From positions 72,731 to 136,730 of the IMG/VR virus record IMGVR_UViG_3300035499_000522: a stretch of 64,000 nt of DNA; one strand, given 5' to 3'. This document shows, one piece after another, positions 52,363 through 62,503 of the stretch (positions within the stretch are counted from its first letter, which is position 1; every line of letters begins with the position of its first letter). The notes under the pieces are model-generated. The model ran no database searches. It saw only the letters and a list, made by a program, of their open reading frames with translations, and was not told where the DNA came from. The translations under genes and the position numbers were made by a program. This stretch comes from a virus. Lineage: Duplodnaviria; Caudoviricetes.

Positions 52363-53958
52363 TTAACTATTCGATTCAATATTTTTCATAGTCTTTTCTG
52401 ATTTCTCATCATCTGATTTCTCAGGTCTGCCCACATTTTCATTATCACCAGAAGACTTATTTGAATTTCTATTTAATATGTCAGCATTCATTGTACTTGA
52501 CATAAGAGGAGGAATAAATACATTAACCAAATCTAATACATCATTTTCAAAATAAGCATTAGCCAATATAGAACTCTAAGACAAACCTAAAGCTACTTGT
52601 GGCAGCATCTTAGAATAGCCCATACTTGTTTGGTCTTTGTATAATTTAGCTATATCCTAATAATTATATATTGTTGTTTCTAAAACCTAAACTTTAAATT
52701 GAAGTTTCTTATTCTTATTAAAAGGTGCAATTAATACATTTAGGAAACATTCAAACTAAGATAAAAGATTTCTCATAGATGCCGCATCATTTAATATAGA
52801 TTTCTCTAATGCAATATTACCATCAGTATTAAATTGCATTTGCGAAACTCCAGCTTCATTATATACAGCTCTTTCAACTCTTTCAAGTTCGTCTGTTGCG
52901 GAAGTGGTCGTGGTATCCGCCATATCTTCAACATCTACGTCAGCAAATGTTGTTAATACATCAATACCAATAGCTTTACCTAACATTTTAACTGCATTAT
53001 TATGTAGCTATTGTGCTTCATCTATATCAAAAATTAAATCACCATTTTTATCAACAGGCATTTTCTAAATAATAATTTTTAGTAATTCCTGCTACATTTT
53101 CTTTCTATCTAAATCTTGTGCTTCATTTAGTTCAATAATTGCGGGAATAACTGAAATCATCATAGGATAGTCTTCGCCATTCATATTAAACTTTATAGCA
53201 CTATTAGGGTCAAGTAAGTACCAACCAGATGTATCTCCTGCAAAATCACCAGTAAGCTTTCCCTAAAGATATAAATTATAACCTTTTTTAAAATCATCTG
53301 GAAACAAATTTAAAATTCTCATTCTGTACGAAACATCAGAAAAATTATCATTAAAATATTTCATATTAAATTCAACAGCAGGATGACCAGCTACTGAATA
53401 ACGTGAGCGGCAATACTTAACCGGAAGTTCCTACACAGCTACTTTATCATTTTCTCTAATAATATAGCCATAATAACATCCATCTTTAATAACCTTTAAA
53501 GCTACTTCGCCAAAATACTTTTTAACTTCAAAATCGTCTAAAAAAGCCAGTACATTATTAAAAGAAGATTTTATATTTTCTGTATTAACAGCTTTTCCGC
53601 TCTTGCTATTAATAATATATGGTGTAACATACCAATCATATTTATATAGGTAAGCCATATATCTACAAAGTCTGGAATATATACCACTAGTTTTAAAAAA
53701 ATAATTTGATATTTCTCTTTGTTTTTCATAATCACTATTATTAATAGCTCTTAGTACTGTTTCTTTATTTGCTAAACTTGGATTAGCTTTTTTATAATCA
53801 CCCAAAACATAAACAGCATCATCAAGCTACTTAATTCCAACTTTTATTTTTGAAAAGTCAACAGGAGTATAAGGCTAATGTTCTTGCTCTATACTTCGGG
53901 TGTCCGCAAAATTCATTGAGAAGCCCTTACTTTTAATGGCTTCCTTTCTATTTATCAA
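52363..53958 (-). CDS. portal protein (531 aa, TTG start)
   Basis: GAGGTG SD; joins 53431-53805, 52756-52986 and 52363-52566. SNYFFKTSGIYSRLCRY, AVYNEAGVS, IPPLMSSTM...GRP; synteny terminase-portal-protease. Confidence 0.8.
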
Positions 53959-53988
53959 TAATTAGACACCTCTTTCTTTATCTAAATT

Positions 53989-54017
53989 ATTATATCATAA
54001 ATTTTCATATTTGTCAA
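53989..54017 (-). promoter_or_regulatory. sigmaA-type promoter upstream of portal
   Basis: TTGACA-17-TATAAT with TG extension. Confidence 0.75.
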
Positions 54018-54033
54018 AAAGGCTTTTCTTGTC

Positions 54034-54390
54034 TTAATATCCCGCAGCTTTAAATATATAATCGTAACTAATAAGATTTTCATTCCAATAAGGAATCAAA
54101 ACTAAAGTATATCCATGTTTTTTACAATATTCCCTTTTCTGCATATCATTGTACTATTGTTTTCTTAAACCAGATATTCCGCCAAACTTACTTTTAGCTT
54201 CATAATGCTATATACCTTGATATTCAATTAAAAAGTCTATATCACCATTATCATCAAATACACAAAAGTCAAAACGCAAAGGACGATGACTTGAACTTAC
54301 TAAATCTGGAAATATATATTCTTCTTGAAAATTTACTCCCGCAGAATTTAAGATATCTTCTATTTTTATTTCACCTCTAGAGGCACGCAT
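54034..54390 (-). CDS. DUF559/Vsr-like PD-(D/E)XK endonuclease (118 aa)
   Basis: SRGEIKI...LRFDF...LIEYQGI(Q)HY...D..KREYC...LVLIPYW. Confidence 0.8.
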
Positions 54391-54472
54391 TCTTAATACA
54401 CCCCCATAATATTGTGGCTAATTTTATTCAAAAAATTAGCCACTTTTTTATTTTATTTTGCCCAATTAAAAC

Positions 54473-56482
54473 TTAGTTAAACAAAAGTAAATCTGCTATA
54501 TCAAATTTCTTTCTTTTCTTTTTTCTATCCTCTACTGTTTTTATATAATATAATCCATAAATAAAAGCAGAAAACTTATCTTTTTTAATGCCCCTACTTG
54601 ATTGTTTTAGAATAATATTAACACCCTCATTAGATTCTACAAGATTCATCATCTATTCTTTAAGAATTGAAGTCTAAACAAAAGGCATTAAATATTCGTT
54701 ACGCTAATCTAATGACATATTCTATCCAACTTTAGTTGACATTAATTTTGCTTTTGCGGAGGTTTCATCTATAAGCATCTTAACCTTGCCACCTGACATT
54801 TGCACTTTTGCATATGTATAAGCTTCTGTATTAACTGGTGCATTTGCTTTTATAAGATACAAAACATCTTCTATTACATCTGGACCTTTAATTTTTTTAT
54901 ATTGTGCGGCAGCATCCTCATAGGTACCTCCCGCAACTCCAAGAGGTGGCAATATTTCAGATGTTTCTGGGTCAATCTAAGATACAGTTAAGAAATCAAC
55001 TAAACCGCCGCCAACGCCATTTGCATCTATTGCTATTACCTATGCTTTATATTTAAAAAATATTTTTTTAATATTTACAGATTGCTGTTCAAAATGTTCT
55101 GCATCAAATGTATAAACATTTACTAAAGATTTTATTGAACCACCATCTGGCTAAGGAGTAACCTTAAATACACATACTTCTGTTGTGCATTCTGTACGTC
55201 CTACATCGACGCCAAGTACATAATAGGCACTCTTTGAAGAGCGTCCACTATACTCGTATTCTGGCTGTAATAATACTCTGCACCTATCGAACTTCTCAGA
55301 GGAGTAGAATGCGTTCTCCACATCTCCAGACCAAATACTCCTGTACTCTCGGTCAAAGGAATCCTCTTTGAATGTTCCTTGGGCACGCAATTGGTCAACA
55401 AAATCTTCGTCAAGCAATCCTTCAGTTACTGGCGTCATATAGGTTCCGCCCATTACCATCGCTAAATCTGGGTCTATGATAGATTGTATCAAGAGCTCTA
55501 TCTGCTTAGCATATGCAAACGTGTTCTTGTAGCCTGCGGTCGTGATATATGTCTACGACTTATTGACGGTTTCTGTCTTATCACGGGTTCCGTCTGGAAG
55601 AAGCCTATTAACGTTGGTTGTGGGAATCACGATCTCGTTTAACGCAGTTTGGTCTATGAGTACGCATTCCTCCATCAAGCCTCCAGTCCGCCTCTAACCT
55701 CGGGAACTTTCTCTCGCAGCCAAGATATCTATGACAGAACCATTCTTGAATATATATTTTACATCATCTTTTGATTTTTTAGATACGCCACGATTCCAGT
55801 TTATTTCATTATGAAGTGCTGGAATCAATGTACAAAGTTCATCAATCTTAGCTATTGTAATGCTCGCTGCCTATTCCTTTCCGCCTGTGGTTACAAATAA
55901 ATGGCTGCCTGGATATAAAATACAACGCAACATCAATACCATCATTGAGAGGAAACTCTTTGAATATGCCATTTATATTCTACACAATTCGCTACTTTTG
56001 TGTACGTTCTCTTATGAACTGCTATATATTACTATATAGATTAGACTATGTCTTCATCCTATGGTCAATAGGAGTCTACCTTTTCCATTACCAATCGCTT
56101 GTAATGTACTCCCTTGCGGGATAGTCGTTGAACTTTCTATTTATTTCAATAGCTTAGCTGCAAATTTTCCTTAATAGGATGTCCTTGCAATTAGATAGAT
56201 TCTTTAATAATATTACTATTATTACACGCACTTATATTTACGTGGAAATGTAGCATAAACATAACGATGCCGCATAACTATTCTGATAAAGATTCTCTAA
56301 TAAAAGAAAAACTAAAATGTACTATCTGGACCTTTTATCTAATCTATAAAAATATCAGGATATTCTCTATAAAAAGAAATTAAATATCTAAGATTAGAAA
56401 GCTAAGCTTTAATTCTTTCTTCTGATAATCCTATTTTTTTGCCACGAGAATCAGATAAAGATAATAAACTCTATAAACTCAT
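54473..56482 (-). CDS. terL: terminase large subunit (579 aa); exon 1 56482-56240, exon 2 55969-54473
   Basis: FFFY(Q)R adenine-binding motif, Walker A TFPR|AYSKS, Walker B GLMEEC, YITTAG, nuclease LGVDVGR, IDANGVG, KKDKFSA. Confidence 0.9.
55970..56239 (-). ncRNA. ORF-less group I intron (270 nt) in terL
   Basis: Exon CACGU pairs with IGS GCGUG (U.G). Core AAUUGC / GCAGC, CAACGACUAU, CAUAGUCU. Terminal G 55970. Splicing restores the Walker A motif. Confidence 0.9.
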
Positions 56483-57705
56483 TCATTTTCATCTCCTTCA
56501 TCTTCATAGTCCTAAGCATCCTATTCCCGCTGTTTCCGCATTTCTTCACGATAATCCATAATATCTTCATCGTCAAGTTCTATGTCACTCTAGCCATTAG
56601 CCTAAGCTTTCATTTTATCTATTTTTTTCTCTTCCATACTCTAACGTATTTTAAGATATTCTTCTATTTGTCGAGCAAGAGAAGCATCAGAGTAAAATAG
56701 CTATTTATTATATTCTTTTAAATCAAATATTACTTTATCAACTATATCTAAAGGAGTAGTTATTTCATACTTAGGGATTCTTCCGCCTTCTTTTTCACAA
56801 TAGGCAACTAATTCACCTGCACTATCCAAGAAGTCATCTTTCTATTCTTTATTTTGTGCGGCAGTAAATTTAGATGATTTCCGCAAAGCATCATAAACTT
56901 TAGAGAGTTTCTAATAACCTTCCATATCATTCTAATTTATTGCTTCATTCATTTTTAAGAAAGTTTTACAAATTAATATTAAATTGCCTTCTGTATCTGA
57001 ATCTTGTATATCAAAAGACTCACACATCTCATTGAACTTCTTTTCCATATCTATCCATTCATTAGGAGTATATTCCCTACCCCATTTCATAGCAAGATAA
57101 ATTTTATCTTCTTTAGTAAGTTCTGCGGCGGGGTCAGGAAGCTCAGACTAATCAATAAAATATTGCTCGTTAAAAGGATTCGCGGCACCAACCGCAGCCG
57201 CAATTTCGCTCTCTCTAGCTACTTTTTCTATTTCCTCTTGATACTAAGATTGGGTACTCATTAATGTACGATACTATGCTTCTGTAATTTCTCCATTAGC
57301 AAATTGCTATTTAATATTTTCCCGCTCTTCTTCTGATTGAGCCATTTTCTTTTCTGTTCTTGCTTCAACTTCTTTTTGCAGCTATTCACTGTCAGACCAT
57401 CCATAGTCTTTCCATTGCTTAAGCCGCATTTTAGATAAATACTTGCCAAAAACCGACATACCATTCATCTTCTTTGGGTTTTTTGCGAAAGCCGCATCAC
57501 GCAGCGTGTTCCATTCAGAAGGTACATATGGTACATCCATTTTTTCCAAGAGCCACAAATATGTGGAAGGGTCAAAATTATCTATGTGCATGGTTAAACA
57601 CTTTTTGCACAATTCTGTTTTTTCGCCATTTTTATAAGTATAAAATTGTCCTTCTTCCATAGACTTGCCGCACTTTTGACACTATATAAGTGCTCCTGTA
57701 CTCAT
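56479..57705 (-). CDS. zinc-finger protein, probable terminase small subunit (408 aa)
   Basis: CQKCGK...FY...CKKC N-terminus; one frame through many TAG to TGA 56479, overlapping the terL start. Confidence 0.65.
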
Positions 57706-58811
57706 TGTTGATTTTCACCTCTATTGTTTTTCTTTGATTTTAATTCTTTAGTTTTTAGATTTCTACATTCTTTACATATACTGTAAAAGCCATCTTTACT
57801 TGTGCTATTTTTAGAAAAAAACTTATTATGTGCTAACTTAGTTTGCCCACATCTTGAGCATTTTTTCATTACGCCTTTCTCTTGAGTAGTATAATACCAA
57901 ACTAAATAATTTTCTTCTGCTTTTTCCGCCAAAAGTTTAGGTATTTTATTCCGCCAAAGAGAAGATATATATTCTACCGAATGTCGCACTCCATAATCTA
58001 AAAATAACAAATCCTAAATTTCCTAATTCTATTTACCATCTATTTTATATATCAAAAGGTCATAATAAAGAGGGTATTTATCTTTTAAAGTTTGGTCTAC
58101 TAAAGCATCTAAGTCTTCCATCATGTAATAAGTGTCTTCCGAAAATTTACCCCATGATTCTTCCTTAAGAGCAGAATAATTACACAAAAGAGCTGAAATA
58201 TGTTTAGGATTAAAAAATGATATTAAGCTATTATCATGTATCTCACCATTTTCATCAATAGTAATAGTTCCATCAAAATTAATTGGGTCTACACTTTTAC
58301 ATACTTTAGTTGGATATATAGGTTTGCGGAAAGCTTCTTTTATAACATATTGGTCTTTGCACATTTCTATAATTTGCTATTTAATAAGATACTTGCGGCG
58401 GCCGCAGGCTGTCTTCTCTAGCTTGGCCATAGAAGATATAGCTTGGCGTAAAGGTTTTAATTCAGGGATTTCCGCAACATCTCTTTCTGAAATCATTACT
58501 TTGGGAGTAAGAATTATATTTTTATTACTACACAACATATTATAAATGCCATCTTCGCCATTCTCAAGCTTGCCCACAAGCCCCTCAAAGCTGGTTTCCC
58601 GCTTATTCACGGTTACTAATCTGTTGTCTGTTAAAATTTTCTTTTTCTTTTTTTCTTCTTTATTCATAGCGAAAATAATATAATCGCTTAATGTATCTAT
58701 ATATTTACTATTAAGATTTTCAGGCGGAGTGCTCTAGATTATGCGATTCACTAAAGCTACTCTTTCCGCGGCACTCTAAATAGTATAATCTAATTTAAGT
58801 GGTTGGTCCAT
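57702..58811 (-). CDS. conserved protein with HTH-like segment and C-terminal CxxC..CxxC (369 aa); candidate transcription regulator
   Basis: Joins 58377-58667, 58029-58364 and 57702-58010. YYDLLIYKIDGK(Q)N(Q)EI(Q)...SVEYISSLWR; CSRCG...CKEC. Confidence 0.7.
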
Positions 58812-58842
58812 TCTATAAAAATTCCTTTCTCTTGTTTTTTTA

Positions 58843-58920
58843 AGTATAACATAAAATTTTTAAGTTGTCAAACGAGATAATGAATTTTTATTTGACAAAA
58901 TTAAATTTTTTTGATATAAT
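58843..58920. promoter_or_regulatory. divergent pair of sigmaA-type promoters
   Basis: Minus strand: TTGACA-17-TATACT (58871-58843). Plus strand: TTGACA-17-TATAAT (58892-58920). Confidence 0.8.
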
Positions 58921-58952
58921 TATTTTAGTAATTTTAAGAGAGGATTTTATAA

Positions 58953-59150
58953 ATGAGGAAAAAAGTAGCTTGGTATTTAGATATTAATAATAATATATTA
59001 ATAAGAGGAACTTATAATAGGGGAAAGTTCACAAGTGATAGAAGTTGCTATAAAGATGAATATAATAAAATATTAATAAATGAAAATGATGAAAATTTAT
59101 TTTTTGATTTTAGTGAAGCGGCAGCCGCATATAATGAAAGGAGTAATTAA
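58953..59150 (+). CDS. hypothetical protein
   Basis: GAGG SD downstream of the promoter. Confidence 0.65.
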   Translation: MRKKVAWYLDINNNILIRGTYNRGKFTSDRSCYKDEYNKILINENDENLFFDFSEAAAAYNERSN

Positions 59151-59151
59151 T

Positions 59152-59472
59152 ATGACTAAAGAAATGTTTATTAAATGTATGGAAAAAATTAAAAATAAAG
59201 ATAAAGAAATAGATGATTTTATGTATGGAATAGATAAAGCTTTTGGAGAAGTACCTGAAAAATTGACTGAGATTACTTCTATTAATTATGTGATAGAAAT
59301 GTTGGAAGATATAATGGGAGATGTAAATAAATTTATAAGTTGGTATATATATGATAAAGATTGGGGAAAGAGAAAAGACTTAAATGTTTATACAGAAGAT
59401 GGATGGGAAATACCTTGTAATTCTTTTGAAGAATTATATGAGATAATTGAGGGAAGCGTGGGACCTAATTAA
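59152..59472 (+). CDS. hypothetical protein
   Basis: AAGGAG SD before ATG 59152; ISWYIYDKDWG...EELYEII. Confidence 0.7.
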   Translation: MTKEMFIKCMEKIKNKDKEIDDFMYGIDKAFGEVPEKLTEITSINYVIEMLEDIMGDVNKFISWYIYDKDWGKRKDLNVYTEDGWEIPCNSFEELYEIIEGSVGPN

Positions 59473-59633
59473 TGAAAAAAGATGAAGATTTTTATAAAAT
59501 ATGGGCAAAATATTGTGAAGAACTTACGGAACGGCTTAATGATAATATATTTAAAATGATAAATGGAGAAATGTCTATTAATGAAGTATTAAATTTTGAA
59601 ATTGATATTGATAATATTAAAAATCAAAATTAA
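59472..59633 (+). CDS. small hypothetical protein (53 aa)
   Basis: TAATG coupling; below the ORF-track cutoff. Confidence 0.5.
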   Translation: MKKDEDFYKIWAKYCEELTERLNDNIFKMINGEMSINEVLNFEIDIDNIKNQN

Positions 59634-59689
59634 TTTGGTGAGAATTATTATCGTGTTTTAGATTTAAAAATTAATTTGGTGAGAATTAT
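59626..59689 (+). repeat. 23 bp direct repeat AAAATTAATTTGGTGAGAATTAT x2
   Basis: Copies at 59626-59648 and 59667-59689. Confidence 0.8.
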
Positions 59690-60223
59690 GCCGAGGCAAA
59701 ACAAAATTACCAAAATTTCCCAGAGGAATCCCGAAATGTATGCCCCCACTAGAAACTTTGTAGCTTTTTATATCTCAAGAAAAAAGTTCTACTACATACG
59801 GTAGTTTCTACAAGAAACGTTCGCTAGCTTGGCGATTCGCACCGCCGCTTAAACACAATAACAGCTCTAACAAACAAGAATAAATAATTTATTAAACTTT
59901 CAAAAGAAGCTAAAGAAATTATAATTAAAGAAAAATTTGTAACAAAACAATTAACACTAACTTAGTTATTTACTTAATAAAAGTATAGACAAAAAGATAA
60001 AACAAAATAAAATTTAAAAATGGCTTACGCTCGGCACGGTTTCAGACAAAGCGTGCCGAGTGTTCTATTTATGAACAAACCGTGAATTTTTTATTAGCAA
60101 AATGTGAACAGAATATTGGCAGCCTAATTCCCACAAAATGGCAAATAATTACACACTTTGCCTTTGCAAGTTAGCATAAGCTAATCTTGCAAAACGTTCA
60201 TAAAAAGTTTACATTTAAACCTC

Positions 60224-60252
60224 TTGACAAACCTGCTCTTGTGTGTTATAAT
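60224..60252 (+). promoter_or_regulatory. sigmaA-type promoter
   Basis: TTGACA-17-TATAAT with TG extension. Confidence 0.8.
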
Positions 60253-60361
60253 AAAATAAGAAATTGACGCTAATGTTGAATGGTTCAATGGTAATTAATA
60301 CCAAACCAAAAGATAACATTGACATTAATTACCATACAAATCTAATAGGAGTTGTGATACT

Positions 60362-60640
60362 ATGATAGAAGTACAGATAACATTATTTACCAAAAGTGGT
60401 AAATACAGACCATTAAGCACAGTGGTAAAAATACCCAACAAAGAGTATTTTACTACCAACAGGCAGGATGTACTTAAGACAGCAATTATGCAAATTTGTG
60501 CACAAAGACATACTGAATATTGGTGTCTTAAAAGAGATGGCTACAACGAGTTTAAAGCAAGGGTATATGACAAAAATAAAATAGCGTCCGAAAATAAAGC
60601 AAGGTATGAGGCTATTAAAAAAGAACGTGGCTGGGCATAA
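60362..60640 (+). CDS. hypothetical early protein
   Basis: AGGAG SD; own promoter and terminator. Confidence 0.75.
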   Translation: MIEVQITLFTKSGKYRPLSTVVKIPNKEYFTTNRQDVLKTAIMQICAQRHTEYWCLKRDGYNEFKARVYDKNKIASENKARYEAIKKERGWA

Positions 60641-60647
60641 TTAACAG

Positions 60648-60682
60648 TAGGTCTTACTAAAATAATTAGTAAGACCTATGTT
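60648..60682 (+). terminator. terminator-like hairpin
   Basis: TAGGTCTTACTAA / TTAGTAAGACCTA. Confidence 0.6.
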
Positions 60683-60740
60683 GTGTCTGCTGTTTAAGCG
60701 TTTGAGGGCTTTCGAGTACAACAGCATCAATCCACTTCAT

Positions 60741-61435
60741 CGCTTTAAAGTGCTAAAGCGTTAAAATGTTTTTGTAAAGCTTAACGATAAATGTATCAAA
60801 ATTTTTCCCACAACTATTTGATGAATGTATGTTGCAAGAATTACCAAATACTACCAAGTGAGTCCGATTCACCGCTTTAAAGTGCTAAAGTGCTAAAGTT
60901 TTGTAAAAAAATGGTAAACCTGCTCACAAGGCTAATTCCCATAAATTGGCAAGAGAGAGCGAAAAGAACAAACGTTCACTTTGTTAAAAATTTAACAATC
61001 TCAGGGGCAACCACTTTAACGCACTAAAGCGTTAAAGTATTGTACTACTGTATTAGTACAGCTGATACACTTGCTTGTGCTATTGTATTAGTACAGTAGT
61101 ACAAAGAGAGACAGACAGCAAGAGAACAAACGTTTGATAAATTGTGTCTTTCAGTGAAGGACACTTTAGTACATTAAAGCATTGAAGCAAACACTTGTTC
61201 TGTGCGTCAGCGATGGACACACAGTTAGCACAAACTAACTCATTGTTAATAAATTAACAATCTTTGTTAAAAATTTAACAAGCAATTAGCATAGACTAAT
61301 TAGTTATAGATAACTAATTGTACTATTATACTAATACAATAGCAACAATTCAAACAGTAAGATGCTGATTATTGTACTAATACAATAATACAATAGTACA
61401 GTTTCATCACCGACAGCGTTTACAAAACGTTCATA
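60741..61435. repeat. dense cluster of operator-like palindromes (at least 5 motif families)
   Basis: CRCTTTA-N6-TAAAGYR x4, TTGTTAA-N4-TTAACAA x3, GTTAG-N6-CTAAC-like x3, TGTACTA-N6-TAGTACA-like x5, GAAC-N4-GTTC-like x3. Confidence 0.8.
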
Positions 61436-61556
61436 AATCTTTAAGAAAAAGTATGTAGATTACACTATAGCAAAGTAGTATAATAAGTATAGTAAAAGAA
61501 AGCAAGAACTAAATAAGTTGAATGCTTTTGAAATCTAATACATTAATTGAAAGAGG

Positions 61557-61844
61557 TTGTTTATTATGAGAACAAAGATTATTGCTGTTGTTGCTATTTC
61601 ACTTTTTGGTGCATTTTGCACCGCCTGCCACAATGCACCCGTCACCCGCACAGAAAGCGGTGTTGCTACCAAAACTTACTATGATGATGGTGAGGTAAAA
61701 ATTACCACTACTGACGGCAACGAGTGGATACTTGAGAACCGTGCTGACATTGCAGACGGTACAATGGTAACAGTGTATTTTAATACCCACAAAACAGAAA
61801 CTCTTGAGGATGATACCATTACCAAGGTAATAGTTGTTAAGTAA
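61557..61844 (+). CDS. small lipoprotein/secreted protein, possibly OB-fold
   Basis: Signal peptide MRTKIIAVVAISLFGAFCTAC (lipobox-like); TTDGNEW...TVYFNT...DDTI. Confidence 0.65.
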   Translation: MFIMRTKIIAVVAISLFGAFCTACHNAPVTRTESGVATKTYYDDGEVKITTTDGNEWILENRADIADGTMVTVYFNTHKTETLEDDTITKVIVVK

Positions 61845-61915
61845 AAAATAAGGCGGTGACTGTAAGATGCCAAAAACCAACAGTCACCGCTGAATAAGAA
61901 AAGAGGTTTTTTACA

Positions 61916-62158
61916 ATGTGTGAAATTCATGTAATTTACTGCTATGATGAAAAGCTTTGTTTGACTGGAAACACTGTTGCGGAAGTCATTAACAAATTTA
62001 TCTTTGAAAATAATCCGCTTGAGATAAAAGAGGAATATTTCCAGCACATAAACAAAGTTGACAATATGAGTTTAACAGAATTCATTAACCTTGTAGCGAT
62101 AGAAATCTTAATTAAAGGTATTTTTTGTCTTAATGATGAATTGTATCTTGCTATGTAG
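61916..62158 (+). CDS. hypothetical early protein (ends at TAG; to 62176 if read through)
   Basis: GAGG SD; terminator hairpin at ~62176-62212. Confidence 0.6.
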   Translation: MCEIHVIYCYDEKLCLTGNTVAEVINKFIFENNPLEIKEEYFQHINKVDNMSLTEFINLVAIEILIKGIFCLNDELYLAM

Positions 62159-62416
62159 ATACAAACAAAGTTTTGAAAGATAGGGAATAATTCCAAATAT
62201 TTCCTATCTTTTCTCTGCTGTAAAATGATTACCAAATTTGGAAATCGCTGGAAGTGACTCCGAAATTTCCAGTATTTTCCAGTATTATTACAATTTTGTT
62301 AAGAAAAAATTTGATTGCCGAAAGAGCCAAAATTCCCAAAATTAGGCAGTTAGCCTATGCTAACTCTAACTTGTAACATTAAATTATGAACTTTTTGTTA
62401 ATTCTCAAAAAACCTA

Positions 62417-62445
62417 TTGACAAATTACTTGAAATATGTTATTAT
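62417..62445 (+). promoter_or_regulatory. sigmaA-type promoter
   Basis: TTGACA-17-TATTAT with TG extension. Confidence 0.7.
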
Positions 62446-62503
62446 TATAACAGTGGAAGTAAAGAAATACTTCCAAAAACCAAATTTTTACAATTGAGAG
62501 GAA

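Noticed and set aside
15235-58545. Plus-strand ORFs within the late region (for example 31987-32283, 37657-37974, 50412-50933) and off-frame minus ORFs (15708-15986, 41618-41884, 51307-51582)
   Set aside because: They overlap longer code-15 genes; composition is that of shadow frames.
17276-58811. Apparent mass pseudogenisation or low coding density of the structural region
   Set aside because: The interruptions I traced are all TAG in a constant frame with motifs intact; explained by code 15.
60700-61440. CRISPR array
   Set aside because: No constant repeat with unique regularly sized spacers; the elements are short palindromes of different families; no cas genes.
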